Shown here: one piece after another, positions 18,513-28,299 of the stretch
Numbering within the stretch: the stretch's first letter is position 1
Layout of the letters: every line of letters starts with the position of its first letter
DNA from: Candidatus Multivoradales bacterium
GTDB taxonomy: Bacteria; Acidobacteriota; Thermoanaerobaculia; Multivoradales; J023
Length of the DNA stretch: 64,000 nt
Assembly: GCA_965248925.1 (NCBI GenBank)
Contig: CBDFLE010000006.1
Coordinates: 1,216,001-1,280,000 of the forward strand
Direction: 5' to 3'
Position numbers and translations under genes: made by a program
The notes under the pieces: generated by a model
What the model saw: the letters and a program-made list of their open reading frames with translations, nothing else
What the model was told of the DNA's origin: nothing
Databases searched by the model: none

Positions 18513-19907
18513 TCACGAGCCGCCATCCGCGGCGCGTTGGCGGCGGCGCGCCAGGCGCTCTTCGATCTGCTGCTCGCTTAAGCCTCGCTCGCGCATCCGC
18601 GCTTTGATCGCTTCGATCTGCTCGGCGGACGGTCGTCCCGCCTCCCCCGGAGGGCCAGCGCCACGACCAACACCGCGGCCTTCCTCGCGGCCAGCTCGCT
18701 GCCGACCCGCCGCTGGCGCCGCAGCCTCCCCCGTGCTGGCGCTGGCGAGAACCTCCAGCGGCGTCCCTTCGCTGAGTCCATCTTGGCCCACCACCACCAC
18801 CGACTCGCCCTCGCTCAGACCGGCCAGCACCTCCACCCGGTCGTCACTGCGAAAGCCAAGTTCTACCGCCCGCCTGACGGCGACCCCATCCTCGGCGACA
18901 TAGACCGTGTCGCCCAGAGAATCGAGGGCCAGCGCCGCTTTGGGAATCACCAGGGCGTTGGGCCGGCTCTCCATCTCCAGGTAGACGCTAGCAAACATTC
19001 CCGGTCGTAGCTGCCCGCCACCCTCGACTTGCAGCGTCACCTTGACCGTCCCGGTGGCGGCATCGACCACCGGCGAGAGGCGCAAAACCTGGGCGGCGAA
19101 GCGCTGGCCGGCCCAGGCGACGACCTCCAATGAAGCCGTTTGGCCAACCCGCAGGCGGCGCAACTCGCGCTCTGGCACCTGGATCGGACACAGCAGCGGG
19201 TCGAAATCCGACAAGCGGAAGAGGGGCGTGCCGCCGCTGACGTGCTCGGCAAACTTGACATAGCGCGCCACCACCAGGCCCGAGAACGGCGCCTTGATCT
19301 CGGTGTAGTCGAGCTGTACCCGCAACCTCTCGACATCGCCCAGCGCGGCCTCGAAGCGAGTGCGAGACTGCTCGAAGGTCTCAGCGGAGATTAACTCGTC
19401 GTCGCGCAGCGCCTTGCCACGGTCGTAGGCCTGCCGCGCCTCGGCCAGCTGGATCTCCGCCACCGACAGTTGGGCGCGAGCCTCACGATCGTCGAGCCGC
19501 GCCAACAGCTGTCCCCGGCGCACCCGCTGCCCTTCCTCGGCCGCCAAGTGAGTGATCGGCCCACTGCTCCGGGCTACCAGGTCGATCTCATTCTCGGCCT
19601 CAAGGGTGCCGTTAGTTTCGAAGAACGAGCCGATCTCGCGCCGCTCGACTGGCGCCACTTCGACCGGCACTCCTCGCTCCGCCTGCGGTCCGCTCGGCGG
19701 CCCACCGTGGCCACCCGGCCGGCCACCGCCGGCTCGCCCCCCACCCTGCCCCGAACCGCCGCCGTGCGCGGCTGGCGCTCCACCAGCTTTTGCTCCGTCA
19801 GCGGCAGCATCGCCCTTGGCCTGGCCACAGCCGGCCAGTAGGGCCAGCAACAGCACTGCGACCGACCCCAAGGCCGGCCAGCTCCACCGCCAACGGGCCC
19901 CGTCCAC
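18513..19907 (-). CDS. RND periplasmic adaptor (MFP) lipoprotein; start uncertain
   Basis: LAGC lipobox, EEGQRVRRGQLLARLD, IKAPFSG, LRPGMFA. Confidence 0.92.
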   Translation of the reverse strand: MDGARWRWSWPALGSVAVLLLALLAGCGQAKGDAAADGAKAGGAPAAHGGGSGQGGGRAGGGRPGGHGGPPSGPQAERGVPVEVAPVERREIGSFFETNGTLEAENEIDLVARSSGPITHLAAEEGQRVRRGQLLARLDDREARAQLSVAEIQLAEARQAYDRGKALRDDELISAETFEQSRTRFEAALGDVERLRVQLDYTEIKAPFSGLVVARYVKFAEHVSGGTPLFRLSDFDPLLCPIQVPERELRRLRVGQTASLEVVAWAGQRFAAQVLRLSPVVDAATGTVKVTLQVEGGGQLRPGMFASVYLEMESRPNALVIPKAALALDSLGDTVYVAEDGVAVRRAVELGFRSDDRVEVLAGLSEGESVVVVGQDGLSEGTPLEVLASASTGEAAAPAAGRQRAGREEGRGVGRGAGPPGEAGRPSAEQIEAIKARMRERGLSEQQIEERLARRRQRAADGGS

Positions 19908-19963
19908 AGAATTCCACTTGCTCAAATCTTTGCTCCAACTAGCTGCAACCGAATGAGAGATCT

Positions 19964-22900
19964 TCAGGCCAGGCGTACCACCCGACGCCAGAATCGCCCG
20001 ATGTCGTCGACCACTGAATAGAGAGTCGGCACGATCATCAGGGTGAGGAAGGTCGAGGTGGTCAAGCCACCGAGAATCACCAAGCCGACGGGCGCCCAGG
20101 ACGCGGCACGGCCCTCGAGGGTGCCGAACCACTGCGGGAAGAGGAACGGCGCCACCATTGGCATCAATCCCAAGATAGTGGTCACGGCGGTCATCAAAAT
20201 CGCCCGCAGACGATGGCGGCCACCGTCCAAGATCGCTTGCTCGCGACTCAGGCCTTGTCGCCGCAAACGGTTGATGTGATCGACCAGCACGATGGCGTTG
20301 TTGACCACCACGCCGATCAGGATCAAGAAGCCGAGCTGAGTGTTGTTGTCCCGCGGCTGGCTGAAGATCTTCATCACCAGGCCCACGCCGATAAAGGCAA
20401 ACGGCACCGAAAACATAATCGCCAGCGGCTGAGTGAAGCTCTCGAAGAAGGCCGCCATCAGCATGTAGACCAGCAGCAGCGAGAACAGCAAGGCGAAATC
20501 GGCCCCCGCTTGATCGCGCTGATTCATCCGGCTCCAGCGCCCAAACGACCAGCTGTAGCCCGTCGGCAGCCGCAAGCCGGCAAGAGCCTGGCCGACCCCG
20601 CGCATCGCCATCATGGTCATCCGCGGCGAGGAAGTATTAGCGGTCAAAGTGATCTTCGCTTGGCGATTCTCCCGCGCCACCGCCGACGGCCCGGCCACCC
20701 TCACGAAGCTCGCCAGGCTGCCCAGCGGCAGATTCAACCCGGCAGTTCGCACCGGCATTTTCTGCAACTGCTCCAGGGTCTGGCGCTGATCGTCGCGATA
20801 GCGCATCACTAGCTCAATCTCTCGATCATCAGTCTTGAGATAGGCCGCCGCGCGATTCGACAGCGCCCCTTGGACGGTGGAAGCCACGTCCCGAGACGAC
20901 AAATCCGACTGCAAGGCCCGCTGCCGGTCGACCGACACCCGCACCTCGTCATCGCCACTTTCGAGGGAGGAATCCACGTCCTCGACACCGACGACCGCGG
21001 CCATCGACGCCGCTACTTGGTCGGCGAGCAACTCCAGCACCTGCTGGTCATCCCCCGACAGAGCCACTTCGACACCGGTGCTCGAACCATGGCGGCTGCG
21101 GGCCTGGCCGATGCGCAGCTCGACCCCAGCGTGGGTCGGCATCAGGGCACGCACCCGGTCGCGCACCTCCACCGTGCTCAGCCGACTGACGCTCTCGTCC
21201 TGCAGGTAGAGGTCGATCTTGCGTTGCCGGCCAAAGCCACCCCGCGATCGCCCACCCCCAGCGTGATACTCGTAGGAGAAGTCGGCAATGTCGAGTTCGC
21301 TGCGCTGCGCGGCGATAATCCCGCTGAGTTCGACGAACAGATCGCGGGTCTGCTGCAAGGTGTAATTGCGCGGTGTGTCGACATAGACCGTCACCTGGCG
21401 CTCGACCGTACGGCTCGAGAAGGTGCGCTCAATCGACGAGAACAACTGCCAAGAGCCCCACAGCAAGACGCAGGCAGCGACAAAGAAAGCCAGGCGAAAG
21501 CGCAGGGTGAAGCGCAGCATGCGGACATAGACCTGTCCCAGCCGATCGATCCACGGCGTCTGCCGCGGCACTTCGTGAGTCAAGAGTATCGCCGCCGCCA
21601 TCGGCACCACAGTCAGCGCCACCAGCAGCGACGCCACCATGACGATGCACACCGTCAAGCCAATCTCGAATAGATAGCGGGAGAAGAACCCACCCCCAGC
21701 GGTCAGAAAAACCACCGGAATGAAGACACACAACGTGGTGCCAGTGGAGGCGACAATCGGCAACGCCACTTCCGAAGCACCGTAGAGCGCCGCCATCTTG
21801 GCATCCTCACCCAGCTGGTGAGCATGGCGGAAAATCGACTCGATAACGACGATCGAATTGTCCACCAACATACCCAACGCCAACACCAGCCCCATCAGGC
21901 TGACCACATTCAGAGTCAGCTCAGCCCAGCCAGCCACCCGCACGAAGTACATCAGCACAAAAGTAAACACCACCGACACTGGGATGGCGATACCCACCAG
22001 CAACGTCGTCCGCACCCGGCGTAAGAAGAGAAACACCGCCAGCACTGCCAAACCACCGCCGATCAACCCCGCCGAGCGCAGCTGGCCGATGCCCTGGCGG
22101 ACATCGATAGACGCATCTCGGAAGATCCGGGTGTCGAGGCCGGCAGCGGCAGGCTCCCGCTTTATTTGAGCCAGCTCGGCCTTGACCCGATCAGCCACCG
22201 CCAGCAGATTGGCGGTCGAAGTCTTGTAGACCCTCAGCGTCAGCGCCTCATGACCATTGAAAACGTTGAACTCTTCCTGCTCCGGATAGCCGGCACCTAT
22301 GGTGGCAACATCGGCCAGCCGCAGGCCGCCCTTGATCGGCAGCCGACGCACATCCTCCAGGGTTTCGAGTTCACCCAGCAGCCGCACCTGGAGTTCGCGG
22401 TTGCCTTCGTCGATATGGCCGGCGGAGATATTCAGGTGATTATCGCGCAGCAGGGCGCTGAGTTCACGCAGACTGACCCCGTGGGCTTGCAGGCGATCAG
22501 GATCGAGCTGCACCGAGACTTGCCGGCTGCGCAGGCCGCGGAGCTCAATCTGCGCCACCCCGGCAAGGCGCTCCAGTCGCGGCTGCAACTCCTGCTCGGC
22601 AAACTCATAGAGCTGATCCTGAGACCAGGTAGAACTGATCAGCGCCCGCAGCACTGGTAAATCCGAAGTCTGGAAGCGGCGAATAGTGAGTTGCCGCAGA
22701 TCATCCGGCAGCAAGTGGCGCACCCGATCGACCCGATCGCGGACCTCGACATTGGCCAGATCCATGTCGGTATCGTCGACAAAAGTCAGATCGATCCGCG
22801 CCGCATCCGCCGAGGCACTGGAAGTCATCTGCTCGATCCCGTCGAGAGTGCCCAGCGAATCTTCCAGCGGCTGCACGATGCGGCGGGCGATCTCCTCCGG

Positions 22901-23083
22901 CGAAGCCGAGCGGTAACCCACCCGCACCGAGACATTGGACGAAGAAATCGTCGGCAGGAACTCCAGCGGCAGACGTTGCACCGACAACCAGCCGAGCACC
23001 AGCAGCGCCACCACCAACATGCCCATGGTCACCCGCCGCTCGACAGCAAAACGGACGATCGGGTGGATGCGTTGGTGGCTCAT
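19964..23083 (-). CDS. RND efflux permease (second paralogue)
   Basis: GMLVDNSIVVIESI, GVVVNNAIVLVD, RLRAILMT. Confidence 0.95.
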   Translation of the reverse strand: MSHQRIHPIVRFAVERRVTMGMLVVALLVLGWLSVQRLPLEFLPTISSSNVSVRVGYRSASPEEIARRIVQPLEDSLGTLDGIEQMTSSASADAARIDLTFVDDTDMDLANVEVRDRVDRVRHLLPDDLRQLTIRRFQTSDLPVLRALISSTWSQDQLYEFAEQELQPRLERLAGVAQIELRGLRSRQVSVQLDPDRLQAHGVSLRELSALLRDNHLNISAGHIDEGNRELQVRLLGELETLEDVRRLPIKGGLRLADVATIGAGYPEQEEFNVFNGHEALTLRVYKTSTANLLAVADRVKAELAQIKREPAAAGLDTRIFRDASIDVRQGIGQLRSAGLIGGGLAVLAVFLFLRRVRTTLLVGIAIPVSVVFTFVLMYFVRVAGWAELTLNVVSLMGLVLALGMLVDNSIVVIESIFRHAHQLGEDAKMAALYGASEVALPIVASTGTTLCVFIPVVFLTAGGGFFSRYLFEIGLTVCIVMVASLLVALTVVPMAAAILLTHEVPRQTPWIDRLGQVYVRMLRFTLRFRLAFFVAACVLLWGSWQLFSSIERTFSSRTVERQVTVYVDTPRNYTLQQTRDLFVELSGIIAAQRSELDIADFSYEYHAGGGRSRGGFGRQRKIDLYLQDESVSRLSTVEVRDRVRALMPTHAGVELRIGQARSRHGSSTGVEVALSGDDQQVLELLADQVAASMAAVVGVEDVDSSLESGDDEVRVSVDRQRALQSDLSSRDVASTVQGALSNRAAAYLKTDDREIELVMRYRDDQRQTLEQLQKMPVRTAGLNLPLGSLASFVRVAGPSAVARENRQAKITLTANTSSPRMTMMAMRGVGQALAGLRLPTGYSWSFGRWSRMNQRDQAGADFALLFSLLLVYMLMAAFFESFTQPLAIMFSVPFAFIGVGLVMKIFSQPRDNNTQLGFLILIGVVVNNAIVLVDHINRLRRQGLSREQAILDGGRHRLRAILMTAVTTILGLMPMVAPFLFPQWFGTLEGRAASWAPVGLVILGGLTTSTFLTLMIVPTLYSVVDDIGRFWRRVVRLA

Positions 23084-23331
23084 GGTCAGGTTCGCGAAAG
23101 GCCGGAGAGCTTGGAGATGTCGGGAATCCGCCCTGGGGTGCCCCGGCAGAAACTGGAGTCTACCTCGCTACGAGCTGGGGCCTTGCGCAAGTGGCCTCAT
23201 AGCTAGAACTTTTTACTTTTCTTACAACTGCGAAGCGACCGGGCCTTTCGCCACTGGCCGCCTTGGCAAGAACCCGCACTTGATTGGTGCGCCAAAGTGG
23301 TGCATCATAGTGGTTCACCATGGAGGTGTTC

Positions 23332-23538
23332 ATGAGCCGCATGTCCATAACCTTGAATGACCAATTGGCCAAAGAAGCACGAGAGCTGTTGCAGGTCAGC
23401 AGCCTTTCCGAAGCGATCCGCATCGCATTGAGCGAAGCTGTCCGCCGTCGACGCCTGGCCAAGGTCCTCGAGCACCGGGGAGCTATCGCCCTCGACGTAG
23501 ATCAGGCCGAACTCGCTCGCCTACGAGCTGAACAGTGA
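23332..23538 (+). CDS. vapB: VapB-family antitoxin
   Basis: GGAGG RBS; MSITLNDQLAKEA...SEAIRIAL; overlaps the PIN toxin gene by 4 bp. Confidence 0.85.
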   Translation: MSRMSITLNDQLAKEARELLQVSSLSEAIRIALSEAVRRRRLAKVLEHRGAIALDVDQAELARLRAEQ

Positions 23539-23942
23539 TCCTCGCAGACAGCTCGGCGCTGATCGAGTTCTACCGGCCGAATGGCAATCCGGCGGTCCAG
23601 GCGGCGGTCACCGAGGCCATCGGTGAAGATCGTTTGGCGACTAATGGAATCATCCAGGTCGAAGTTGTTGGATTTGCCGCCAACCAACAACAACGCCGCC
23701 GCCTCAGCGCAGATTTCTCCGCCTTCCATTGGCTCTCATTGGACATCAAGATCTTCGCCAAGGCGGCCCGCCTGGCTTTCGATTTGCGGCGTAGCGGACT
23801 GACGATCCCTTCGACAGACCTGATCATCGCTGCCAGTGCCATTGCCGCCGGTGCGGAGCTATTGCACGTCGACAATCACTTCTCATTAATCGCGGCGAAC
23901 AGCTCTCTTCGCTGCCGCGCTTTCATTCAATCCACAAGTTGA
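23535..23942 (+). CDS. vapC: VapC PIN-domain toxin
   Basis: MILADSSALIEF, EVV, TDLIIAASA, LLHVDNHF. Confidence 0.9.
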   Translation: MILADSSALIEFYRPNGNPAVQAAVTEAIGEDRLATNGIIQVEVVGFAANQQQRRRLSADFSAFHWLSLDIKIFAKAARLAFDLRRSGLTIPSTDLIIAASAIAAGAELLHVDNHFSLIAANSSLRCRAFIQSTS

Positions 23943-23957
23943 AGAGCGCATACAGCG

Positions 23958-24734
23958 ATGACCTCCGAGCAGATCTTCGCAGCCACCTTCAAGGTGCGCT
24001 TCGACGAGTGCGACCCTCAGGGCCAACTCGACCCCAGCAGCCTGATCAGCTATTTGCTGGAGACCGCCACCGGCGCTTCCGACGCCGTCGACCGCGGCCC
24101 CTCGGCGATGCGCCAACGAGGACTGGCCTGGTTTCTCCACCGGCTGCACCTGCAAATCGATGGCGACGCCGGGCATCGCGACCACCTCACCGTGCGCACC
24201 TGGCCCTTTGGCCTTGATCGCATCTTCGCGGTGCGGGAGATCCAAGCCTGGAATGCCGCCGGTAAGTCGGTCGCCCGTGCCACTAGCCGCTGGATGGTGG
24301 TCGATTTCGAACGCCGCCGCCTGATCCGCCTACCGGCCTGGGTACGCCAGGGCTACCGCCTTCGCAACCACCGGCTGATCGCCGACCTCTTCGATCCCCT
24401 GCCCCGGCCCGACCCGCCGGAACTGGCGCGTGAACTGACCATCTGGCGCCAGCAGCTGGATCCCAACGGCCACCTCAACGCCACCGTCTACGCCGCCGCC
24501 TGTCTGAATGCCATCCCGGAGGAGTTGGCAGGAAGCTCCCAGCTGCGAGCGCTCGAATTGGAATTCAAGAAAGAAGCCGGCTGGGGCGACCAGCTGATCG
24601 TCGAAAGCGCGACCGCTCCCGATATGGCAAGCGATCAGTTGCACGCCGTCAGACGCGCCAGCGATGGCGAGGTCAGCGCCCTCGGGCGCAGCCGCTGGCA
24701 GAGCAACGAGACCCAGACAAGAGAAACTGTGTAG
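23958..24734 (+). CDS. Acyl-ACP thioesterase (double hotdog)
   Basis: VRFDECD, VRTWP, ATSRWMVVD, LDPNGHLN, LEFKKEA. Confidence 0.88.
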   Translation: MTSEQIFAATFKVRFDECDPQGQLDPSSLISYLLETATGASDAVDRGPSAMRQRGLAWFLHRLHLQIDGDAGHRDHLTVRTWPFGLDRIFAVREIQAWNAAGKSVARATSRWMVVDFERRRLIRLPAWVRQGYRLRNHRLIADLFDPLPRPDPPELARELTIWRQQLDPNGHLNATVYAAACLNAIPEELAGSSQLRALELEFKKEAGWGDQLIVESATAPDMASDQLHAVRRASDGEVSALGRSRWQSNETQTRETV

Positions 24735-24797
24735 GGGCGCATGGCATGCGCCCGCTTTCGATGGCCGAACCAAAGGGCGCACGCCGTGCGCCCCTAC
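24731..24797. repeat. REP doublet (REPIN-like): two GTAG-headed palindromic REPs in inverted orientation
   Basis: GTAGGGGCGCATGGCATGCGCCC...GGGCGCACGCCGTGCGCCCCTAC. Confidence 0.8.
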
Positions 24798-24880
24798 AAG
24801 AAACCCCTTGTTGTCAATGGCCTGTGAATTTCCCGTCGAGGTAGCGGTCCTCAATTGGTTCTACCAATTCTATAGCTACC

Positions 24881-25267
24881 GACGAATACGCTCCCTACTA
24901 CGGGCTCTGCATCGACCAGGCTCCAGACAGCGACATCCTCGAGATTCTCGCCCAAGAGCTGGAAATCACCCACCAGGCTCTCAGCGACCTCAGCGAAACC
25001 CAGCAGCGATGGCGCTACGCCGAGGACAAGTGGAGCCGACGCGAGATCGTCGGTCACTTGATCGACACCGAATGGACCTTCGCCTACCGTGGCCAGTGTC
25101 TTGCTCGCGCCGATCCGGCGGAGCTACCTGGTTTCGACCAGGAACTCTGGGCACGAGCCTCGAACGCCGATGAACGGCCAATGGCCGAGCTGCTCGCCGA
25201 CGACGGCCAGCAGCGCTCCCGCGAAGACCTTCCCAGCTGCCCCGATTGGGTCCACGCCGACAGCTGA
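24881..25267 (+). pseudogene. DinB/YfiT-family (DinB_2) gene remnant
   Basis: In-frame DEYAPYY...WRYAEDKWSRREIVGHLIDTEWTFAYR...LPGFDQELW; no start codon and no C-terminal His helix. Confidence 0.7.
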
Positions 25268-25367
25268 ACCGCAAGGCCGCACCTACGAATCTGGCAACTC
25301 GGCGTCCGCCCCTTGGCGGACGTCATACATCAGCGAGGGATTTCAATCCCTCGCGATGGCTTCAACT

Positions 25368-25389
25368 GTAGATACTTTCAGTATATACT
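25368..25389 (+). promoter_or_regulatory. Putative vapBC operator (GTAGATAC and AGTATATACT palindromes)
   Basis: Two GTA[GT]ATAC boxes about 20-40 bp upstream of the vapB2 ATG, resembling the GTATAT-type operators of AbrB-type VapB. Confidence 0.55.
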
Positions 25390-25407
25390 CGACATGGAGG
25401 TCAACCC

Positions 25408-25644
25408 ATGCCGGATCACGCTAAACTGTTCAAGAGTGGAGGTAGCCAAGCGGTGCGGCTACCCAAGCAATACAGCTTCAAGAACCAGGACCAAGTCCTG
25501 ATCTACCGCCAAGGGCACCGTATCGTCCTTGAGAGTGAGCGCCCCTCCTGGAGTCCTGAATTCCTCGCCCTGGCCGGCTCGGCTACTGAGTTCCCATATC
25601 CTGAGGAACCACCCACCGCCGAGCCTGGGCCTGAATTCGAATGA
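25408..25644 (+). CDS. vapB: AbrB/MazE-type VapB antitoxin (VagC-like)
   Basis: AKLFKSGGSQAVRLPK; GGAGG RBS. Confidence 0.9.
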   Translation: MPDHAKLFKSGGSQAVRLPKQYSFKNQDQVLIYRQGHRIVLESERPSWSPEFLALAGSATEFPYPEEPPTAEPGPEFE

Positions 25645-26054
25645 GGTACCTGCTCGACACCAATGTCTGTGTCGACTACCTCAATGGGCACTATCCCAAC
25701 GTCATCCGCCGGATCCAGGCCACCGATCCTGGAGATCTGGTGCTCAGCACAGTGGTGGTCGCGGAACTTCGATTCGGCGCCGACAAGAGTCAGCAGGTCC
25801 GCCGCAACCACGCTCGCGTCGACATCTTGAGCGCCGAGTTTCCTCCCCTCGATTTCGACCTGACTGCCGCTTCGGCTTTCGGCCCTATCCGCACCTCGCT
25901 GGAGAGATCGGGCCAGGTTATCGGCCCCTACGACATGCTCATCGCGGCCCAGGCAGTTTCCCGTAGCCTGGTACTGGTCACCAACAACGTCGAGGAGTTT
26001 CGCCGCATCACGGCTCTCGACATCGAGAACTGGCGCCACGGCGATCGACACTGA
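25641..26054 (+). CDS. vapC: VapC PIN-domain toxin
   Basis: MRYLLDTNVC, ELRFGA, IGPYDMLIAAQA, LVTNNVEEFRRI. Confidence 0.93.
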   Translation: MRYLLDTNVCVDYLNGHYPNVIRRIQATDPGDLVLSTVVVAELRFGADKSQQVRRNHARVDILSAEFPPLDFDLTAASAFGPIRTSLERSGQVIGPYDMLIAAQAVSRSLVLVTNNVEEFRRITALDIENWRHGDRH

Positions 26055-26213
26055 TCGCCTCCCTGCCGCAATCCGCCGCTATGCTGTAAATCCTCTGGTC
26101 AAGTCTTTCGAGAATGCCACTTGAGGCATTCCCTTCGCCGCTTCGTTGTTATGCCTGTTGTTGTCTCACTCGCGGCGACCTAGATCCCGCCATACCAGAG
26201 GTGGTAGTTCAGC

Positions 26214-26585
26214 ATGCAGCAAGGCAACCCACAGCACCGATCGGCAACCGTGACAGCCAACGCGGCGCGGACCGCATGGCGCCACTGGCCAACCGTGGCA
26301 TGCATGGTCGCTCTGACCTGCGGCAGCCTCGCGGCCGCCACCCCCGGACAGGGCGCGCCACTCATCTTCAGTGGCGCGGTGGTCGACGACCCCGGCCAGC
26401 CGGTAGCCGGCGTCACGGTTCACCTGGCACCGGTGATGGCGACCACGGTTGCTGCTACAGATCTGATCATCGCCGCCTGCGCCATCGCCGCTGATGCCGA
26501 GCTGTTGCACGTCGACAACCACTTCACGCAGATCGCTGCTCAGAGCGCTCTCTGTTGCCGCGCTTTCACTCAATCCGCAGGCTGA
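26214..26585 (+). pseudogene. Chimeric ORF: signal peptide and start of a carboxypeptidase-regulatory-like domain fused to a copy of the vapC1 3' end
   Basis: FSGAVVDDPGQPVAGVTVHL, then TDLIIAACAIAADAELLHVDNHFTQIAAQSALCCRAFTQS, matching the vapC1 C-terminus. Confidence 0.7.
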
Positions 26586-26692
26586 GAAGTCCAGAGCGCG
26601 AGGAGTCCAGAGCAGATCTCCGGATCCGCCTTCCAGGTGCGTCTTGACGAGTGCGGCCCGTGGTCCAGCTTGATCCGACTCGCTTGATCAGC
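26457..26692 (+). repeat. Diverged direct repeat of about 23814-24050 (vapC1 3' end and thioesterase 5' start)
   Basis: ACAGATCTGATCATCGC...GCACGTCGACAAC...TGCCGCGCTTTCACTCAATCC...GAGCAGATCT...CCTTCCAGGTGCG...GACGAGTGCG...TGATCAGC aligns by eye; ends approximate. Confidence 0.8.
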
Positions 26693-27049
26693 CGGCGCCG
26701 TTCGGGGTGCGGTGGGCGAGGTAGATCAGCACGTCATATGCACCGGAATCTGTGCGTGGCAGGGCCAGCAGGGTGGTGGCGGTCTCGATCAGATCGGTGG
26801 GTATCTCCAGCAGCGGATTGCCATCCGCCGCATCGAGGCGCAGATCGGGCACTCCGAGCAACGCTCCGAGATGTCGTCCGGCTGGGTGAGTTCCGCCGGC
26901 GGCAGGCCGTGGGGGTTGACCTCGTCGCTGACGATCAGGATGCGCAGCGGCAGGTGCGGTGCCAGCAGCTGGGCAGAGGCGCTCAGCGGCAGCAAGCCAA
27001 ACCAGAGCACGAGCAGGAGATTCCGGCGGCAACTTGGAGCATCGAACAT
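26688..27049 (-). pseudogene. Frameshifted, truncated remnant of a secreted protein (possibly ThuA-like)
   Basis: Signal peptide and RILIVSDEVNPHGLPPAELTQPDDI in one frame continue as ALLGVPDL...YDVLIYLAHR in another frame, then stop at the duplicated segment. Confidence 0.55.
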
Positions 27050-27112
27050 AGCCATCCGGCTATTCTCGCTCAGCGGCGGTGCAGAGGCGAGGCTCAGAGC
27101 CTCACGGCAGGC

Positions 27113-27997
27113 TCAAGACAGGTCGGAGCCGCGCAGGGTACGCAGCTCGTGGCGTGTTCGGCGGCGTTTGAGCTCGATGACCGTGAAAACGCTGATTGGC
27201 CCCAGGATCACCGCGATCAACCCCAGGGGATGGATTACATAAAAGGGCTGGCCTTGCATCCAGGCGATTCCACAGCCGATCGCCAGGATCAGCGAGAGGA
27301 GCATCGCCAGGCGGCCGGCGGAGATCACCAGGCTGAAGAAACGTGGCTTCGTCGAAAGCACGCCGAGCAGAGCGCCCAGCACCCCGAGAGCGGCACCGAC
27401 CAGCCCGCCAACCCGGTTGCCGGTGGGCCGAGCCCACCATGCTCCGGCAGCCCCACCGCCGCCACCGGAAGCTGCCGAGTCGTGAAGGCGCAGGTTGCTC
27501 AGATAGACCGTGCCGCCGGCGGGCAGAAAAAGGTTGAGCTGCAGCCGAACCGGCCGCTGCTCGCCGCCGACCATCCTGAAGGGCAGCTGAAACTCCCGCC
27601 AGTCAGCAGAGCCGTTCAAATTCCCCATCGCCCCCCGCTCGGCCAGGGTGCGGGAGAAGTACTGCTGCTCGCCGGCAAAGACGCTGAACATCTCCAGATA
27701 GCCGATGCCCGTTACGTCCTGGTAGCGCACCCGGCCGCGAATCGAGAAGCGGTCGCCGACGATGGCGGGATCCCGCACCGTCAACAAGGGCAAAGTGACC
27801 GCCTCTCCCAGAGGGACGCTGAGCTCGAGAACCCTGCCCTCGCTGGGGTCAGTGGCCAGACGGCCCGCGCTCAGCTGCCCCGCGGCCGCCAGCTCAATCC
27901 ACGAGAAGGAGCGCTCGTCGGCCAGCGTCGAGGCGGCCATCAACAGGGCGAGCAAGGAGCAGGTTAACGGTGCGTTGGCGGCGGCTCGTTTCATCAT
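27113..27997 (-). CDS. Hypothetical protein with signal peptide, beta-rich periplasmic domain and three C-terminal TM helices
   Basis: 294-aa ORF coupled to the DUF2089 gene by a 4-bp overlap. Confidence 0.75.
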   Translation of the reverse strand: MMKRAAANAPLTCSLLALLMAASTLADERSFSWIELAAAGQLSAGRLATDPSEGRVLELSVPLGEAVTLPLLTVRDPAIVGDRFSIRGRVRYQDVTGIGYLEMFSVFAGEQQYFSRTLAERGAMGNLNGSADWREFQLPFRMVGGEQRPVRLQLNLFLPAGGTVYLSNLRLHDSAASGGGGGAAGAWWARPTGNRVGGLVGAALGVLGALLGVLSTKPRFFSLVISAGRLAMLLSLILAIGCGIAWMQGQPFYVIHPLGLIAVILGPISVFTVIELKRRRTRHELRTLRGSDLS

Positions 27998-28299
27998 TCG
28001 ATCTCCATCTCCTCGCGGTGGGCAGCGAGCAGAGCCTTCAGCGTCGCCAAGTCGATCGCCCGGTCGGCGTAACGCTTGCGCAGCTCACGCTCCAACGGCC
28101 CCATCCGCCGGTGTTCTTGCAGCAGCTCGATCTTCTGGATCAACCGATCGAGGCGTAGACGAACCGTCGGATAGCTGATGCCGTACAACTTGGCCGTCTC
28201 CTTGAGCGAGCCGGAACTCAGCACGAAGCGCTTGAGAAAGGCCAGATCCTCGTCACTGAGCTGATCCACCCACCGGCTACCTGCTGCCACTACTTCCAT
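27994..28299 (-). CDS. DUF2089-family HTH protein
   Basis: LSDEDLAFLKRFVLSSGSLKETAKLYGISYPTVRLRLDRLI. Confidence 0.85.
   Translation of the reverse strand: MEVVAAGSRWVDQLSDEDLAFLKRFVLSSGSLKETAKLYGISYPTVRLRLDRLIQKIELLQEHRRMGPLERELRKRYADRAIDLATLKALLAAHREEMEIE

Noticed and set aside
26651-27967. Long plus-strand 438-aa ORF (also 2622-3632, 11509-12531, 31941-33110, 60946-61761)
   Set aside because: These are antisense to well-supported genes, have no motifs, and are expected in high-GC DNA.
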